Source of the DNA: an uncultured Lentimicrobiaceae bacterium
GTDB lineage: Bacteria; Bacteroidota; Bacteroidia; Bacteroidales; UBA4417
Length of the DNA: 64,000 nucleotides
Assembly: GCA_964420555.1 (NCBI GenBank)
Contig: CAYQTT010000019.1
Span: forward strand, 19,154 to 83,153
Direction: 5' to 3'
The translations under genes were made by a program, and so were the position numbers. Of this stretch, positions 37,667-46,834 are shown piece after piece; position 1 is the first letter of the stretch; each line of letters starts with the position of its first letter. The notes under the pieces are model-generated. The model saw nothing but the letters and a program-made list of their open reading frames with translations, was not told the origin of the DNA and did no database searches.

Positions 37667-38122
37667 TTAGTCCTTTTTGACAGTTCGTTTAACAACCTTT
37701 TTTGCTTTTGGCTTCATTACCGGTTTAACTGTTGTTTTTGGTTCCGGTTTAATTTCTTTAATTTCTTCGCGGGGAGCATCGGCCCACAATTTTTCGAGCT
37801 GATAAAAACTCCGGGCTTCGGCCTGAAATATATGCACAACAACATCAAAATAATCAAGCAATATCCATTCACAGTTTTCAAAACCTTCTTTATGAGAAGC
37901 GATGGCACCAATTGCCTTTTTTACTTCAAACTGCACCGAATCAGCTATAGCATCCACCTGAGACCGCGATGATCCGTGGCAGATTACAAAATAATCGGTA
38001 ATTGAATTCGGAATTTCTGAAAGGTTAAGTTTTACTATATCTAACCCAAGTTTTTCCTGCATTCCTTTCACAATGATATCAGCAAGCATTCCTGAGGTTT
38101 CGCTCTTTTTACGTTTCACCAT
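37667..38122 (-). CDS. rsfS: ribosome silencing factor RsfS with Lys-rich C-terminal tail
   Basis: DIVKLNLSEIPNSITDYFVICHGSSRSQVDAIADSV and WILLDYFDVVVHIF match RsfS/iojap. Lies immediately upstream of ftsH. Confidence 0.9.
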   Translation of the reverse strand: MVKRKKSETSGMLADIIVKGMQEKLGLDIVKLNLSEIPNSITDYFVICHGSSRSQVDAIADSVQFEVKKAIGAIASHKEGFENCEWILLDYFDVVVHIFQAEARSFYQLEKLWADAPREEIKEIKPEPKTTVKPVMKPKAKKVVKRTVKKD

Positions 38123-38269
38123 TTAAATTGTATTATTTTTTTTATCATCTTAATTTTGCTGATGGTACACAATGTCATGAATATTCACCAATTAATTTAC
38201 TGAAAAATGACACTGTAAAATTATTTACCCTGTTTCCAGCTATTTACCACCCTAATTCACATCAGGTTG

Positions 38270-38277
38270 CAAAGATA
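38270..38277 (-). promoter_or_regulatory. possible -7 promoter box for rsfS-ftsH
   Basis: The minus strand reads TATCTTTG, but it lies 148 nt upstream of the rsfS ATG, so the leader would be long. Confidence 0.3.
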
Positions 38278-38454
38278 CAGATTAAAAGCAAATATATTTT
38301 ATGCTATCAGCACGATAACCTACATCAAACTTCAAACCTTTTTCAACAGGCACGACATTTTGTCACTATTTATTACAAAGCTTTTGAACGCAATACCTAA
38401 GGATTTGTTTTAATTTTGTTTCATAAAAGAAGTTAACTGCTAAACCAATTACTT

Positions 38455-39192
38455 TTGAAAGCATCAATCATCAGGCTTCCTGAAACCGAATCGACAAACA
38501 CCTTCGCTTTGCAGCTACTTTCGCAACAGCGACCGGAGAATGGTTGTGTTATTATAACTGACCACCAGACAAAAGGAAAAGGTCAGGATACCAGCAGTTG
38601 GGAAAGTGAGAAAGGGAAAAACCTGACATTCAGCATTATTCTGTACCCCGGATTTACTGCCGATCAACAATTTGTATTCAATAAAGCTATTTCTTTGGGC
38701 ATTTGCGATTTCTTAAAAACCGAATTGCCCGAACATATAATTACCATAAAATGGCCTAATGATATTTACATCGGCAATAAGAAATCCTGCGGCATTTTGA
38801 TACAGAACTCAGTAATCGGGAATATACTCGATTTTATGGTGGTTGGGATCGGGCTTAATGTGAATCAAACCGTTTTTAAGAGCGATGCACCGAATCCGGT
38901 TTCGTTACAAACAATAACAGGCATGGAATATGACCTCGATATAGTACTGGAAAAACTTCTGAAGCGTATTTTCGAACGTTATTCGCAGGTTAAACCAGAA
39001 TCTAAACAAATCATTGAAAATGAATACCATAAAGTACTCTATCGCCTTATGGAATGGCACGAATTTCTTGTTAAAAATAATAAATACATAGCCAGAATTA
39101 CAGGCACAAATGAATATGGGCAATTACTCCTCGAAGTTGAAACCGGTGATGTTTTAGTTTGTGATTTGAAGGATGTAAAATTTATACTTTAA
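38455..39192 (+). CDS. birA: biotin--[acetyl-CoA-carboxylase] ligase
   Basis: STNTFAL, TKGKGQDTSSWES and KWPNDIYIGNKKSCGILIQ are BirA catalytic-domain motifs. The only in-frame start is the TTG at 38455, so the start is uncertain. Confidence 0.8.
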   Translation: MKASIIRLPETESTNTFALQLLSQQRPENGCVIITDHQTKGKGQDTSSWESEKGKNLTFSIILYPGFTADQQFVFNKAISLGICDFLKTELPEHIITIKWPNDIYIGNKKSCGILIQNSVIGNILDFMVVGIGLNVNQTVFKSDAPNPVSLQTITGMEYDLDIVLEKLLKRIFERYSQVKPESKQIIENEYHKVLYRLMEWHEFLVKNNKYIARITGTNEYGQLLLEVETGDVLVCDLKDVKFIL

Positions 39193-39197
39193 TAAGG

Positions 39198-39232
39198 CAC
39201 CCGGAAGGAAATAACAATTTCTCTTCCGGGTG
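39198..39232. terminator. hairpin between convergent birA and sugar-binding genes
   Basis: CACCCGGAAG-15 nt-CTTCCGGGTG, a 10-bp GC-rich stem. The flanking T-run is weak. Confidence 0.6.
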
Positions 39233-39276
39233 GATGTATTAATTTAAAAATTAACCTACACAAAGAGAGTGATGAT

Positions 39277-40263
39277 TTATTCGACTTTTTTACCGGCCAT
39301 GATTTCCATTCCAATATTCCCTTTATGAACCGAAATAGGATCAATCAGCAAAGCCGGAACAAGTTTAGATCCGTTGTTGACAGTGTAACTGGCATAAAAA
39401 ATTGTATTGCCCAGGGCCATATCCATTGCCATACGGGCAGCGCTTGAGGCAATATCCTCAATTGACTTATACACGGTCATCGTTTGCATACCTTTAACTA
39501 TATTCTCGCGGGCTTCGGAATCGGCATCCTGTCCGGCAACAAGTACTTTTCCTGCCAGGCCTTTTTCATCAAGAGCCTTAATAGCTCCACGAGCCAGAAG
39601 ATCGTTACCACAAATAATGGCGTCAACTTTCCCTTTTTTAAGGCATTCCTTAGCGGCTGCATAACCTTCATCGAAAGTCCAGGCATTTACCATTTTATCA
39701 TACACTATTTTTATATCGCCGCGTTCGATATAGGGCTGTAATACACCCATTTGCCCAAACTGGAGGTAATATGAGTTTTTGTCAGTATATGCACCTCCAA
39801 TAAGTGCCACATTGCCTTTCTGCAGCCTTGTCCTTATATAATCGGCCTGAAGCTCGCCAACTTTAACATTATCAAATGAAATATAATAATCCACATTTGC
39901 ATCCTGAATAAGGCGGTCGTAGGAAATAACTCCAACCTTGGCTTTTCTCGCCAGGCTAACAATTTCGCCTGTTTTGCCAAGTTCAACCGGCAAGATTACA
40001 AGCACATCAACATTCTGATCAATCAATTGCCTGGCTTGTTCGAGTTGTTTGGCTGGATCGCCATTGGCCGAAAGGCAAATCACTTTTCCACCTAATTTTT
40101 CAACATTTTGGATAAAATAGGTGGTATCCTTTGCCCATCGTTCCACGTTGTACTCGTCCATCAAAAGGCCGATCAGGGGTTCCTTAGGGGTTGGTTTACA
40201 ATTCTGGATCAGGATGGATCCGGCAATGAGCACTAGAATGAGTAAAATTGACCTGGTTTTCAT
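39277..40263 (-). CDS. periplasmic sugar-binding-protein-fold lipoprotein (PBP type I)
   Basis: Lipoprotein signal MKTRSILLILVLIAGSILIQNC. The body resembles xylose/ribose-type binding proteins (NVDVLVILPV, VISYDRLI, ALIGG, IICGNDLLARGAIKAL). ATG at 40263 preferred over the extended ORF start at 40377. Confidence 0.75.
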   Translation of the reverse strand: MKTRSILLILVLIAGSILIQNCKPTPKEPLIGLLMDEYNVERWAKDTTYFIQNVEKLGGKVICLSANGDPAKQLEQARQLIDQNVDVLVILPVELGKTGEIVSLARKAKVGVISYDRLIQDANVDYYISFDNVKVGELQADYIRTRLQKGNVALIGGAYTDKNSYYLQFGQMGVLQPYIERGDIKIVYDKMVNAWTFDEGYAAAKECLKKGKVDAIICGNDLLARGAIKALDEKGLAGKVLVAGQDADSEARENIVKGMQTMTVYKSIEDIASSAARMAMDMALGNTIFYASYTVNNGSKLVPALLIDPISVHKGNIGMEIMAGKKVE

Positions 40264-40453
40264 AGCGTGTAGGTATTTGGATTTATATAACACTGGTAAT
40301 TCACTAAGTATCAGGAGATGCAAATTTTTACCCGCAATTTGAAGTTCTAAAGTTAAAACATAAATGAGGAAAATCAAAATATAACTTGATTTTTACCTGA
40401 TTAACAATCTACAAATATCTGATATTATGATTGATACGAACTACTATAAACAC

Positions 40454-40480
40454 AAAAGCAGGCTAAAAAAACCTGCTTTC
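40454..40480 (-). terminator. terminator after the pyrE-SRPBCC operon
   Basis: On the minus strand it reads AAAGCAGG-ttttttagc-CCTGCTTTTGTG. It lies 40 nt downstream of the stop at 40520. Confidence 0.7.
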
Positions 40481-40519
40481 AATTTTTATCTATAAAAGTT
40501 AAGAAATCTGATAGAGCAA

Positions 40520-40927
40520 TTATTTCTCCATTTCTATTTTCAATTTATTAACCAGAGTGTTTATAAAATCCTTCAACGGATTTGCTGCCATCATAGCAAT
40601 AAACTGGCTCATATCCGAATCAATAATTAATTGAACTTCGCTTTGCTGAAGCGATGTTTCATGCATGATGGCTGCCAGGGTAAAATCAAACGGCAGTTTA
40701 CCTTCGCCAGTCATACTGACTTTTGTAAACGGCACTTTCTCGGTAATCCGCAGACCAATTGTCGCCAATCCTTTAACCTCGAACGAACACGAATCGCCTG
40801 TAGATTGCCAGTTTTCAACTTTTTCGGGCAGTAATGCCGAGAAATTATCAAAGTTTCCTATGAAATTAAAAATTTTCTCCGGACTACAGTTGATAGTCAC
40901 TTTTTCACTTTCGATTCGTTTACTCAT
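40520..40927 (-). CDS. SRPBCC-like small protein
   Basis: 135-aa protein with a helix-grip-like pattern. 4-nt overlap with pyrE suggests co-translation. Family call is tentative. Confidence 0.5.
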   Translation of the reverse strand: MSKRIESEKVTINCSPEKIFNFIGNFDNFSALLPEKVENWQSTGDSCSFEVKGLATIGLRITEKVPFTKVSMTGEGKLPFDFTLAAIMHETSLQQSEVQLIIDSDMSQFIAMMAANPLKDFINTLVNKLKIEMEK

Positions 40928-41574
40928 TTATCGAGCCCCCATCCTTTGGGATTCTCGCGCCACTGAATGAGCGACTGCATATCCGAGTCTTTAATATAAT
41001 TTTGCTCAAGGGCTTTTTTAACCAGAAAATCATAACTGGTAAGTGTGTGCAAAGTACATGATGCCGCTTTAAAGCTTTCCTCCGCGTCAATTAATCCGTA
41101 TGTAAAAATGGCAACCATACCTTTTACATTACAACCGGCATCGCGCAAAGCCTGAACAGCATTCAGACTGCTTTTGCCGGTCGAAATAAGATCTTCAATT
41201 ACTACGACCGACTGTCCGCTTTCAACAACACCTTCGATCATGTTGGTTAAACCATGACTCTTTTTTTCGGAACGAACGTAAACGAAGGGCAGTCCCAGAT
41301 CCTGAGCTACTAGTGCCCCGATTGCAATTGCTCCGGTTGCAACACCGGCAATTACATCAACGGTTCCAAATTCCTCATTGATCAGTTTTACAAATTCCTG
41401 GCGGATGTAAGTCCTGATTTTCGGAAAGGATAAAGTACGGCGGTTATCGCAATAAATTGGTGATTTTATACCTGAAGCCCATGTAAACGGGTTAGTATTA
41501 TCGAGCTTTATTGCTTTAATTTGCAAAAGCGATTCGGCTGTTATAAGCGCTGTTTCTTCAAATTTCTGTCTCAT
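40924..41574 (-). CDS. pyrE: orotate phosphoribosyltransferase
   Basis: FTWASGIKSPIYCDNR and PRPP-binding loop VVVIEDLISTGKS. Confidence 0.93.
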   Translation of the reverse strand: MRQKFEETALITAESLLQIKAIKLDNTNPFTWASGIKSPIYCDNRRTLSFPKIRTYIRQEFVKLINEEFGTVDVIAGVATGAIAIGALVAQDLGLPFVYVRSEKKSHGLTNMIEGVVESGQSVVVIEDLISTGKSSLNAVQALRDAGCNVKGMVAIFTYGLIDAEESFKAASCTLHTLTSYDFLVKKALEQNYIKDSDMQSLIQWRENPKGWGLDK

Positions 41575-42208
41575 GATGCAAAGGTATATAGTTTTTTTGA
41601 ATGAGCGGGCAGTTATCGTCCATCAAGATATTAACATGCTGCCTGAAAACGATAACGAAATGGATATCCGTTATACTGATAAAACCGCACTGGCAGAGGC
41701 TTATAAACGTTTTTACAAGGAGGAACATTGCATTCAGCTTAACATTGAAGCCAAAGATTTTTTTGCGGATGCATGTAAAGCATTTAACAACATGTTTACC
41801 CGGATTGAAGCTGCCGGTGGCATAGTCCGAAACCCAAATAACGAATATCTTTTTATTAAAAGACTGGGTAAATGGGACCTCCCGAAAGGTAAACTGCATA
41901 AAAAAGAAGCAGCTCAAAAGGGCGCAATCCGCGAGGTGACAGAAGAAACAGGCCTTACTGATCTGAGCATTACAAAAAAGCTGCCATCGACCTTTCATAT
42001 TTATACTGACAGGAAAGGAAAGGAAGTGCTGAAAGAGACTTTTTGGTTCGAAATGACTTGTGAGCGAAATCAGATTCTGATCCCACAAACTGAAGAAGAT
42101 ATTACTGAAGTAAGATGGTTTTCGGCTGATGAACTGCATATCCCTCTGCATGATACATATGCTTCACTGAAAAACCTGCTGGAAAACTACCTGAAACGTG
42201 AAACATGA
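41573..42208 (+). CDS. NUDIX hydrolase
   Basis: Nudix box GKLHKKEAAQKGAIREVTEETGL preceded by a ~70-aa N-terminal extension. Confidence 0.85.
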   Translation: MMQRYIVFLNERAVIVHQDINMLPENDNEMDIRYTDKTALAEAYKRFYKEEHCIQLNIEAKDFFADACKAFNNMFTRIEAAGGIVRNPNNEYLFIKRLGKWDLPKGKLHKKEAAQKGAIREVTEETGLTDLSITKKLPSTFHIYTDRKGKEVLKETFWFEMTCERNQILIPQTEEDITEVRWFSADELHIPLHDTYASLKNLLENYLKRET

Positions 42209-42252
42209 AACGCTTCAACTAAACGAGCTAACGGCATTTCACCGATTGTTTT

Positions 42253-42260
42253 TACCTTTG
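42253..42260 (+). promoter_or_regulatory. -7 promoter box for coaD
   Basis: TACCTTTG, 15 nt upstream of the ATG at 42275. Confidence 0.5.
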
Positions 42261-42274
42261 CACAAAACCGTTAT

Positions 42275-42730
42275 ATGAAAATTGCAGTTTTTCCAGGATC
42301 ATTTGATCCAATCACCCGCGGACACGAATCGATTGTAAGGCGTGCATTGCCATTATTCGATAAAATAATTGTCGCTATTGGCGTAAATGCTGACAAAAGC
42401 GGGTATTTCCCTATCGAAAAAAGACTCGAGTGGCTCAACCAGGCATTCAGCGATCTTCCGCAGGTTAGCGTTGAAAGTTATAATGGCTTAACTGTTGATT
42501 TTTGTAAAAAAGTGCACGCAGAATATATTATCCGGGGATTGCGAACTTCTGCTGATTTTGAATTCGAGCGGAGTGTTGCACAGGTGAACCTTAAACTTGT
42601 ACCGGAAATAGAAACCGTTTTCCTGCTCACTATCCCCGAATATGTCATGGTAACTTCATCCATAGTGCGCGAAGTACATAAACATGGCGGCAATATCGAT
42701 CAGTTTATTCCCGAAACCATTTCTATTTAA
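42275..42730 (+). CDS. coaD: pantetheine-phosphate adenylyltransferase
   Basis: FPGSFDPITRGH nucleotidyltransferase motif. CoaD length and C-terminal SSIVRE motif. Confidence 0.95.
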   Translation: MKIAVFPGSFDPITRGHESIVRRALPLFDKIIVAIGVNADKSGYFPIEKRLEWLNQAFSDLPQVSVESYNGLTVDFCKKVHAEYIIRGLRTSADFEFERSVAQVNLKLVPEIETVFLLTIPEYVMVTSSIVREVHKHGGNIDQFIPETISI

Positions 42731-43290
42731 TCCTCGTTCTGAGGCTCTTCCAGAGTTTCTTTTGTAAAAAAGGTGAAATGAACTTTCCCGTAACGCCTTT
42801 CGCTGGCAAAAAAGGGATGTTCTTTAAAATTGATAGATTTATCGTGTTCCATTACGAACCAGCCATCATCGGCCAGCCAGTTATTTTCAAATATTAATTC
42901 AGGGATTTTTGCCCTGTCTTCGAGATCGTAGGGAGGATCGGCAAAAATAACATCGTATTTACCAGTCGGCCGAGCCAAAAAAGTAAAAACATTGGTACGT
43001 ATTGCCGTTAAATTTTTAAAATTAAAGTCTGAAGCCATCTTTGAAATAAAATCAACACAACGGCTGTTTAATTCAACGCTTAAAACCGAAACAGCATCGC
43101 GGGAGGCAAACTCAAGAGAGATATTTCCCGTTCCGGCAAACAGATCGAGCACTTTAATTTCCGTAAAGTCGATATAATTATTCAGGATATTAAACAGACT
43201 TTCTTTTGCAAGGTCGGTTGTTGGCCTTACCGGCAACCCCATTGGCGGGCGAAGCACTCTTCCTTTATGACTTCCGCTTATTATTCGCAC
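42727..43290 (-). CDS. rsmD: 16S rRNA (guanine966-N2)-methyltransferase RsmD
   Basis: MRIISG..KGR.L, SAM motif LDLFAGTGNISLE, catalytic DPPY. Confidence 0.9.
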   Translation of the reverse strand: MRIISGSHKGRVLRPPMGLPVRPTTDLAKESLFNILNNYIDFTEIKVLDLFAGTGNISLEFASRDAVSVLSVELNSRCVDFISKMASDFNFKNLTAIRTNVFTFLARPTGKYDVIFADPPYDLEDRAKIPELIFENNWLADDGWFVMEHDKSINFKEHPFFASERRYGKVHFTFFTKETLEEPQNED

Positions 43291-44150
43291 AGTGGTATAT
43301 TTAGCAAGGTGAAATAATTATGAAAATGAATGCCGGCAAAATCTTCACCGTACTCAACCCCAGCTGGTTGCTTAGCATAACGAAGCGAAGCGCAATACAT
43401 TTTCAATTGATTGAAAATAGTTTCGCTGTCCGAAATTTCGCCCATTAATGTTATATTTTCTTCCGAAGGGACAAATCCCAGCTGCTCAAGAACAAAAATT
43501 ACGAAATACAATACATCCGAAGGAGCGGTGTACCGGAATGCATTCAGATAAAGCAACCTCGATCCCTGAATAACGCACAATTCGAAATACCCGGTAAACA
43601 CATTAAGAAATATCTGACGCGTAATGAGATCGGAATGTTTGCGAAACACTCCTTTAACAAAAACAGCAGGCGCAACCCGCATGGCAGCATCAGGAAAAAG
43701 TTTGTTGCTGTATTCTTTAATGTACCCCGGAATAGCGATGGCAATTACTGGTCCCTGTTCATGAATAGGCTCTGTGAGAATTCCTTCACTCTCATTCACT
43801 GAATGAGCTACAGCCATCAAGGCTAATTCGTTACCCTTTATAAAATTATGAGGGGCAAGTGTTACTTTATATGAGGAAATGGCAATGTCAACCTTTTGAT
43901 AAGTAAGCTGTGAAAGACTACTTTTCTTCAACTCATCAAAATAATCATCACCATTAGAAGGCCATCCTCTTTCGTTATGATGATTTTCGGAAAGGTTTGA
44001 TCTGTATGATTCAAGAGCCAGTATTTTTTTTGAAGTTGCATGAGTTACCAAAAAAGAAAATCCATTCTGCCCGAGCAGAATGGATAGCCTGTATTGTAAC
44101 CCAAGAGTAGCGTCGAACTGAGGATCAACCTTATTCAGAATACATTCCAA
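43281..44150 (-). CDS. DUF3822-like protein
   Basis: LSILLGQNGFSFLV N-terminal motif and position next to rsmD fit the Bacteroidota DUF3822 family. Recognition is from memory only. Confidence 0.6.
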   Translation of the reverse strand: MECILNKVDPQFDATLGLQYRLSILLGQNGFSFLVTHATSKKILALESYRSNLSENHHNERGWPSNGDDYFDELKKSSLSQLTYQKVDIAISSYKVTLAPHNFIKGNELALMAVAHSVNESEGILTEPIHEQGPVIAIAIPGYIKEYSNKLFPDAAMRVAPAVFVKGVFRKHSDLITRQIFLNVFTGYFELCVIQGSRLLYLNAFRYTAPSDVLYFVIFVLEQLGFVPSEENITLMGEISDSETIFNQLKMYCASLRYAKQPAGVEYGEDFAGIHFHNYFTLLNIPLCE

Positions 44151-44167
44151 GGGATTTGTTGTATTAG

Positions 44168-44764
44168 TTATTCCCAGTTTCCATCAGTGGAAGCATCGGT
44201 CATTGAACCCACTTTAAGACCAGGAAATTTCGATCTGTCTTCAATTTCTTTAATCCTGTTTATGATAAGTTGCTTGTCAAGATCTTTAGTATAAGTCTCG
44301 ATCCGGGCCGAAACTTCGAAAACGGCTACATCAACTCCACCCTTATTGATTTGTCCTGCAAGTATTGAAAAATAATCACCATTGGAAAAAGGAATTTCGT
44401 TTAGTTTCACCAGCTCGTAATTTTTCTTGGCAAAAATAGAGTCGTAAATACTAATAAAACCTATTGTATCAGAAATAGAACGAGTGAAAGTAGTATCATT
44501 CGGATCCGGGATAAGTTTAACTTCAGGAATTTTTCCGTTTTGGATAAAAGCAATAAGTGTATCGAAACTGGCTGTGTAGCGACCATACTGATTACGGAAA
44601 AGATTTTGAGCCGTACGAATGTCCTTGAGCTTCGACACAATAACTTCACCCCTTGAATTCAGGGTATTTTCAAATTTAACCGGTTTATTTATACTACTGA
44701 AGATCAGGTATCCCAATACAAGGATAACCACTGCAAGTACAGCCTTAATGATACTATTTTTCAT
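44168..44764 (-). CDS. N-terminally membrane-anchored hypothetical protein
   Basis: Single N-terminal helix (AVLAVVILVLGYLIFSS), ATG start, 17 nt upstream of the next gene. No family recognised. Confidence 0.55.
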   Translation of the reverse strand: MKNSIIKAVLAVVILVLGYLIFSSINKPVKFENTLNSRGEVIVSKLKDIRTAQNLFRNQYGRYTASFDTLIAFIQNGKIPEVKLIPDPNDTTFTRSISDTIGFISIYDSIFAKKNYELVKLNEIPFSNGDYFSILAGQINKGGVDVAVFEVSARIETYTKDLDKQLIINRIKEIEDRSKFPGLKVGSMTDASTDGNWE

Positions 44765-45162
44765 GACATTATATGTTTTGAATATGGATCAGGATATCAA
44801 CCGCTTAAGAATCAAATAAATTATAATTTATCAGATTCCCCATTCAGGAGTGCAAATGTATAACAATTTTCAATAATTACTCTTCGTAATATTAAAATAT
44901 CATGCGGAGACACTTAATAAATAAGGGTTTTAAAACTTCAGCTGACAGTTATAAATATTTTCAGAAATTTCGAAACGGCTTTAAATTATTAATAAAAACA
45001 CATTGCATTTCTTACCAAAAAGATCATTTTTGAAGCAAAGAATCCGTTATTGAAACAATTTTTTATTTTTTTAACAAATCACTAAACCCAACTGCAGCGC
45101 TATTGGAATAGTTTTTGGTAATCTTTATTGCAAAACAGGTTTGGTACAAATGATCAAATATG

Positions 45163-45170
45163 TATATTTG
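45163..45170 (+). promoter_or_regulatory. -7 promoter box for the TPR gene at 45215
   Basis: TATATTTG, 45 nt upstream of the ATG. Confidence 0.45.
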
Positions 45171-45214
45171 CAACTACCAAATAATTAAAATCACTAATAA
45201 ATCCCTTACAATCA

Positions 45215-46189
45215 ATGAAGAAAAATCTGATCCTGGCTTTTGCACTGACAATTATCACCACTTTTTCAGTGAATCAACTGTCAGCACAAACCAAAGAAGA
45301 TGCAGGCAATGCATTTAATGCAGCTCTTGAGCTTTCGAAAACGGATATGGCCGGTGCCGTAGTTAAAATGCAGGAAGTTGTAACCATGTGTACTGCACTT
45401 GGAGCTGAAGGCGATACTATTAAAATGAGCGCCGCGAAAGTGATTCCTGCCTGGCAGTATAATGTCGGCAATAATTTCCTGAAGGTAAAAGATTATGATA
45501 AAGCCACTGCAGCTTTCGAAAAGAGCGATGAATTAGCAGTTAAATTCAACGATGATAATATCAAACAGAAATCAGAAGATATTCTGGTAAAACTTTACGC
45601 CAGCCAGGGGAATACACTTCTGAAAGCAGATAAAGCTGATGAGGCCATTGCTGTGCTCGACAAATCATTGAAAATAGATCCCACTAACAGCAAAGCTTTG
45701 TATGCCAAAGGACAAGCCTACAAGAAAAAAGGTGATACCCAAAAGCTTCTGGAAAACATGGAACTCGCATTAGCTTCAGCAACAAAGGACAATGATACTG
45801 TTACAGCTAAAGCAGCAAAAAGCACTATAGGGCTTACTTATTATCAGGATGGCAAAGCCCTTTTCACGAAAAAATCGTACAGCGATGCCATTGAGAAATT
45901 CAACAGTGCGCTCAAATATGACGATAACAATAAAGAGCTTTTCTACCTGCTGACGGTGTCGAACAATAACATCAAAAAATACGATGAAGCTATTGCAGCC
46001 GGCACTTCCGGACTTGCACTTGAGGAACAAACCAATGATAAAATGGCCCGTTTCTATTATGAAATAGCAAAAGCTTACGAAGGGAAACAGGACAAAGCGA
46101 ATGCCTGCGATAATTACAAAAAATCAGCATTTGGCACCTTTGCACAATCAGCAACCTACCAGATGAAAACAGTTTTGAAATGCCAGTAA
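45215..46189 (+). CDS. secreted TPR-repeat protein
   Basis: Signal peptide ending ..SVNQLSAQ. Multiple TPR-like repeats (ALYAKGQAYKKKGD, YSDAIEKFNSALKYDDNN). Terminator downstream. Confidence 0.75.
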   Translation: MKKNLILAFALTIITTFSVNQLSAQTKEDAGNAFNAALELSKTDMAGAVVKMQEVVTMCTALGAEGDTIKMSAAKVIPAWQYNVGNNFLKVKDYDKATAAFEKSDELAVKFNDDNIKQKSEDILVKLYASQGNTLLKADKADEAIAVLDKSLKIDPTNSKALYAKGQAYKKKGDTQKLLENMELALASATKDNDTVTAKAAKSTIGLTYYQDGKALFTKKSYSDAIEKFNSALKYDDNNKELFYLLTVSNNNIKKYDEAIAAGTSGLALEEQTNDKMARFYYEIAKAYEGKQDKANACDNYKKSAFGTFAQSATYQMKTVLKCQ

Positions 46190-46204
46190 AATAATGAATC
46201 ATAT

Positions 46205-46233
46205 AAAAGAAGCCGGAAGTTCCGGCTTTTTTT
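46205..46233. terminator. bidirectional terminator between TPR and HsdR_N genes
   Basis: AAAAGAAGCCGGA-agt-TCCGGCTTTTTTT. Confidence 0.8.
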
Positions 46234-46268
46234 ATGCACTGTTATTAATGAATCGGTAAGTCACATTT

Positions 46269-46736
46269 TTATTCCGCATCAACACCCGATTTGGGTTCAA
46301 AATCCGGAACATCTTCAATAAATATATACCGTTTATTTTCGTAATCCAGCCGGCAAGGGTAATGCTCCAGCCCGTTTGTGATCAGAAAATATTCAGCTTT
46401 TAACAACATATTATACCTGGCAGCCTGATCAAATGCTTTTTCAGTTATTTGCACCCCGGGCGCTTTACATTCGACTAATATGTAAGGTTGCGCTTTGCGC
46501 GAAAACACAACCAGATCAAAACGTTTCGGTTTCTTATTCAGCATAAGCTGTTTCTCCACTCCAATAATTGAAATCGGGTATCGCTTAACTTGTATAAGGT
46601 AAGCAATCAGGTGCTGACGCACCCATTCCTCGGGAGTAAGTGTCACATATTTGTGACGAACCGGGTCATAAATCTCCTGCCGGCTATTAATCTCCAGGAA
46701 TTTAAAATCGAAATGAGGAAAGTTTAATGGCTGCAT
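46269..46736 (-). CDS. type I restriction enzyme HsdR N-terminal-domain-only protein
   Basis: IYDPVRHKYVTLTPEEWVRQHLIAYL...RFDLVVF...ILVECKAP...ITNG matches the stand-alone HsdR_N (PF13588-like) family. ATG at 46736 preferred. Confidence 0.75.
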   Translation of the reverse strand: MQPLNFPHFDFKFLEINSRQEIYDPVRHKYVTLTPEEWVRQHLIAYLIQVKRYPISIIGVEKQLMLNKKPKRFDLVVFSRKAQPYILVECKAPGVQITEKAFDQAARYNMLLKAEYFLITNGLEHYPCRLDYENKRYIFIEDVPDFEPKSGVDAE

Positions 46737-46834
46737 TTTATCAACATTTCGGAAAAAACCTGAACGAAACAACTGCAAAGATGGGTAAAAAATCTAAATT
46801 TGCCTGTAATACTTATTTAAAGTCAGTTCGAGGA

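Noticed and set aside
40264-40377. Extended start of the sugar-binding protein ORF (also the TTG or ATG extensions at 12899, 19002, 29712, 46727, 58693, 58779 and the Met at 46778)
   Set aside because: The extensions precede clear signal peptides or conserved N-termini, and most start at TTG. Internal ATG starts give canonical N-termini.
41558-42151. 197-aa ORF on the minus strand overlapping the NUDIX gene
   Set aside because: It is antisense to a gene with an intact Nudix box. It has an odd Cys/Phe-rich composition and would also overlap pyrE.
46269-46736. HsdR N-terminal-domain protein as evidence of a type I restriction-modification system
   Set aside because: Only the ~155-aa N-terminal nuclease-like domain is present. 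There is no helicase/ATPase portion and no hsdM or hsdS nearby. This stand-alone family is common next to housekeeping genes.
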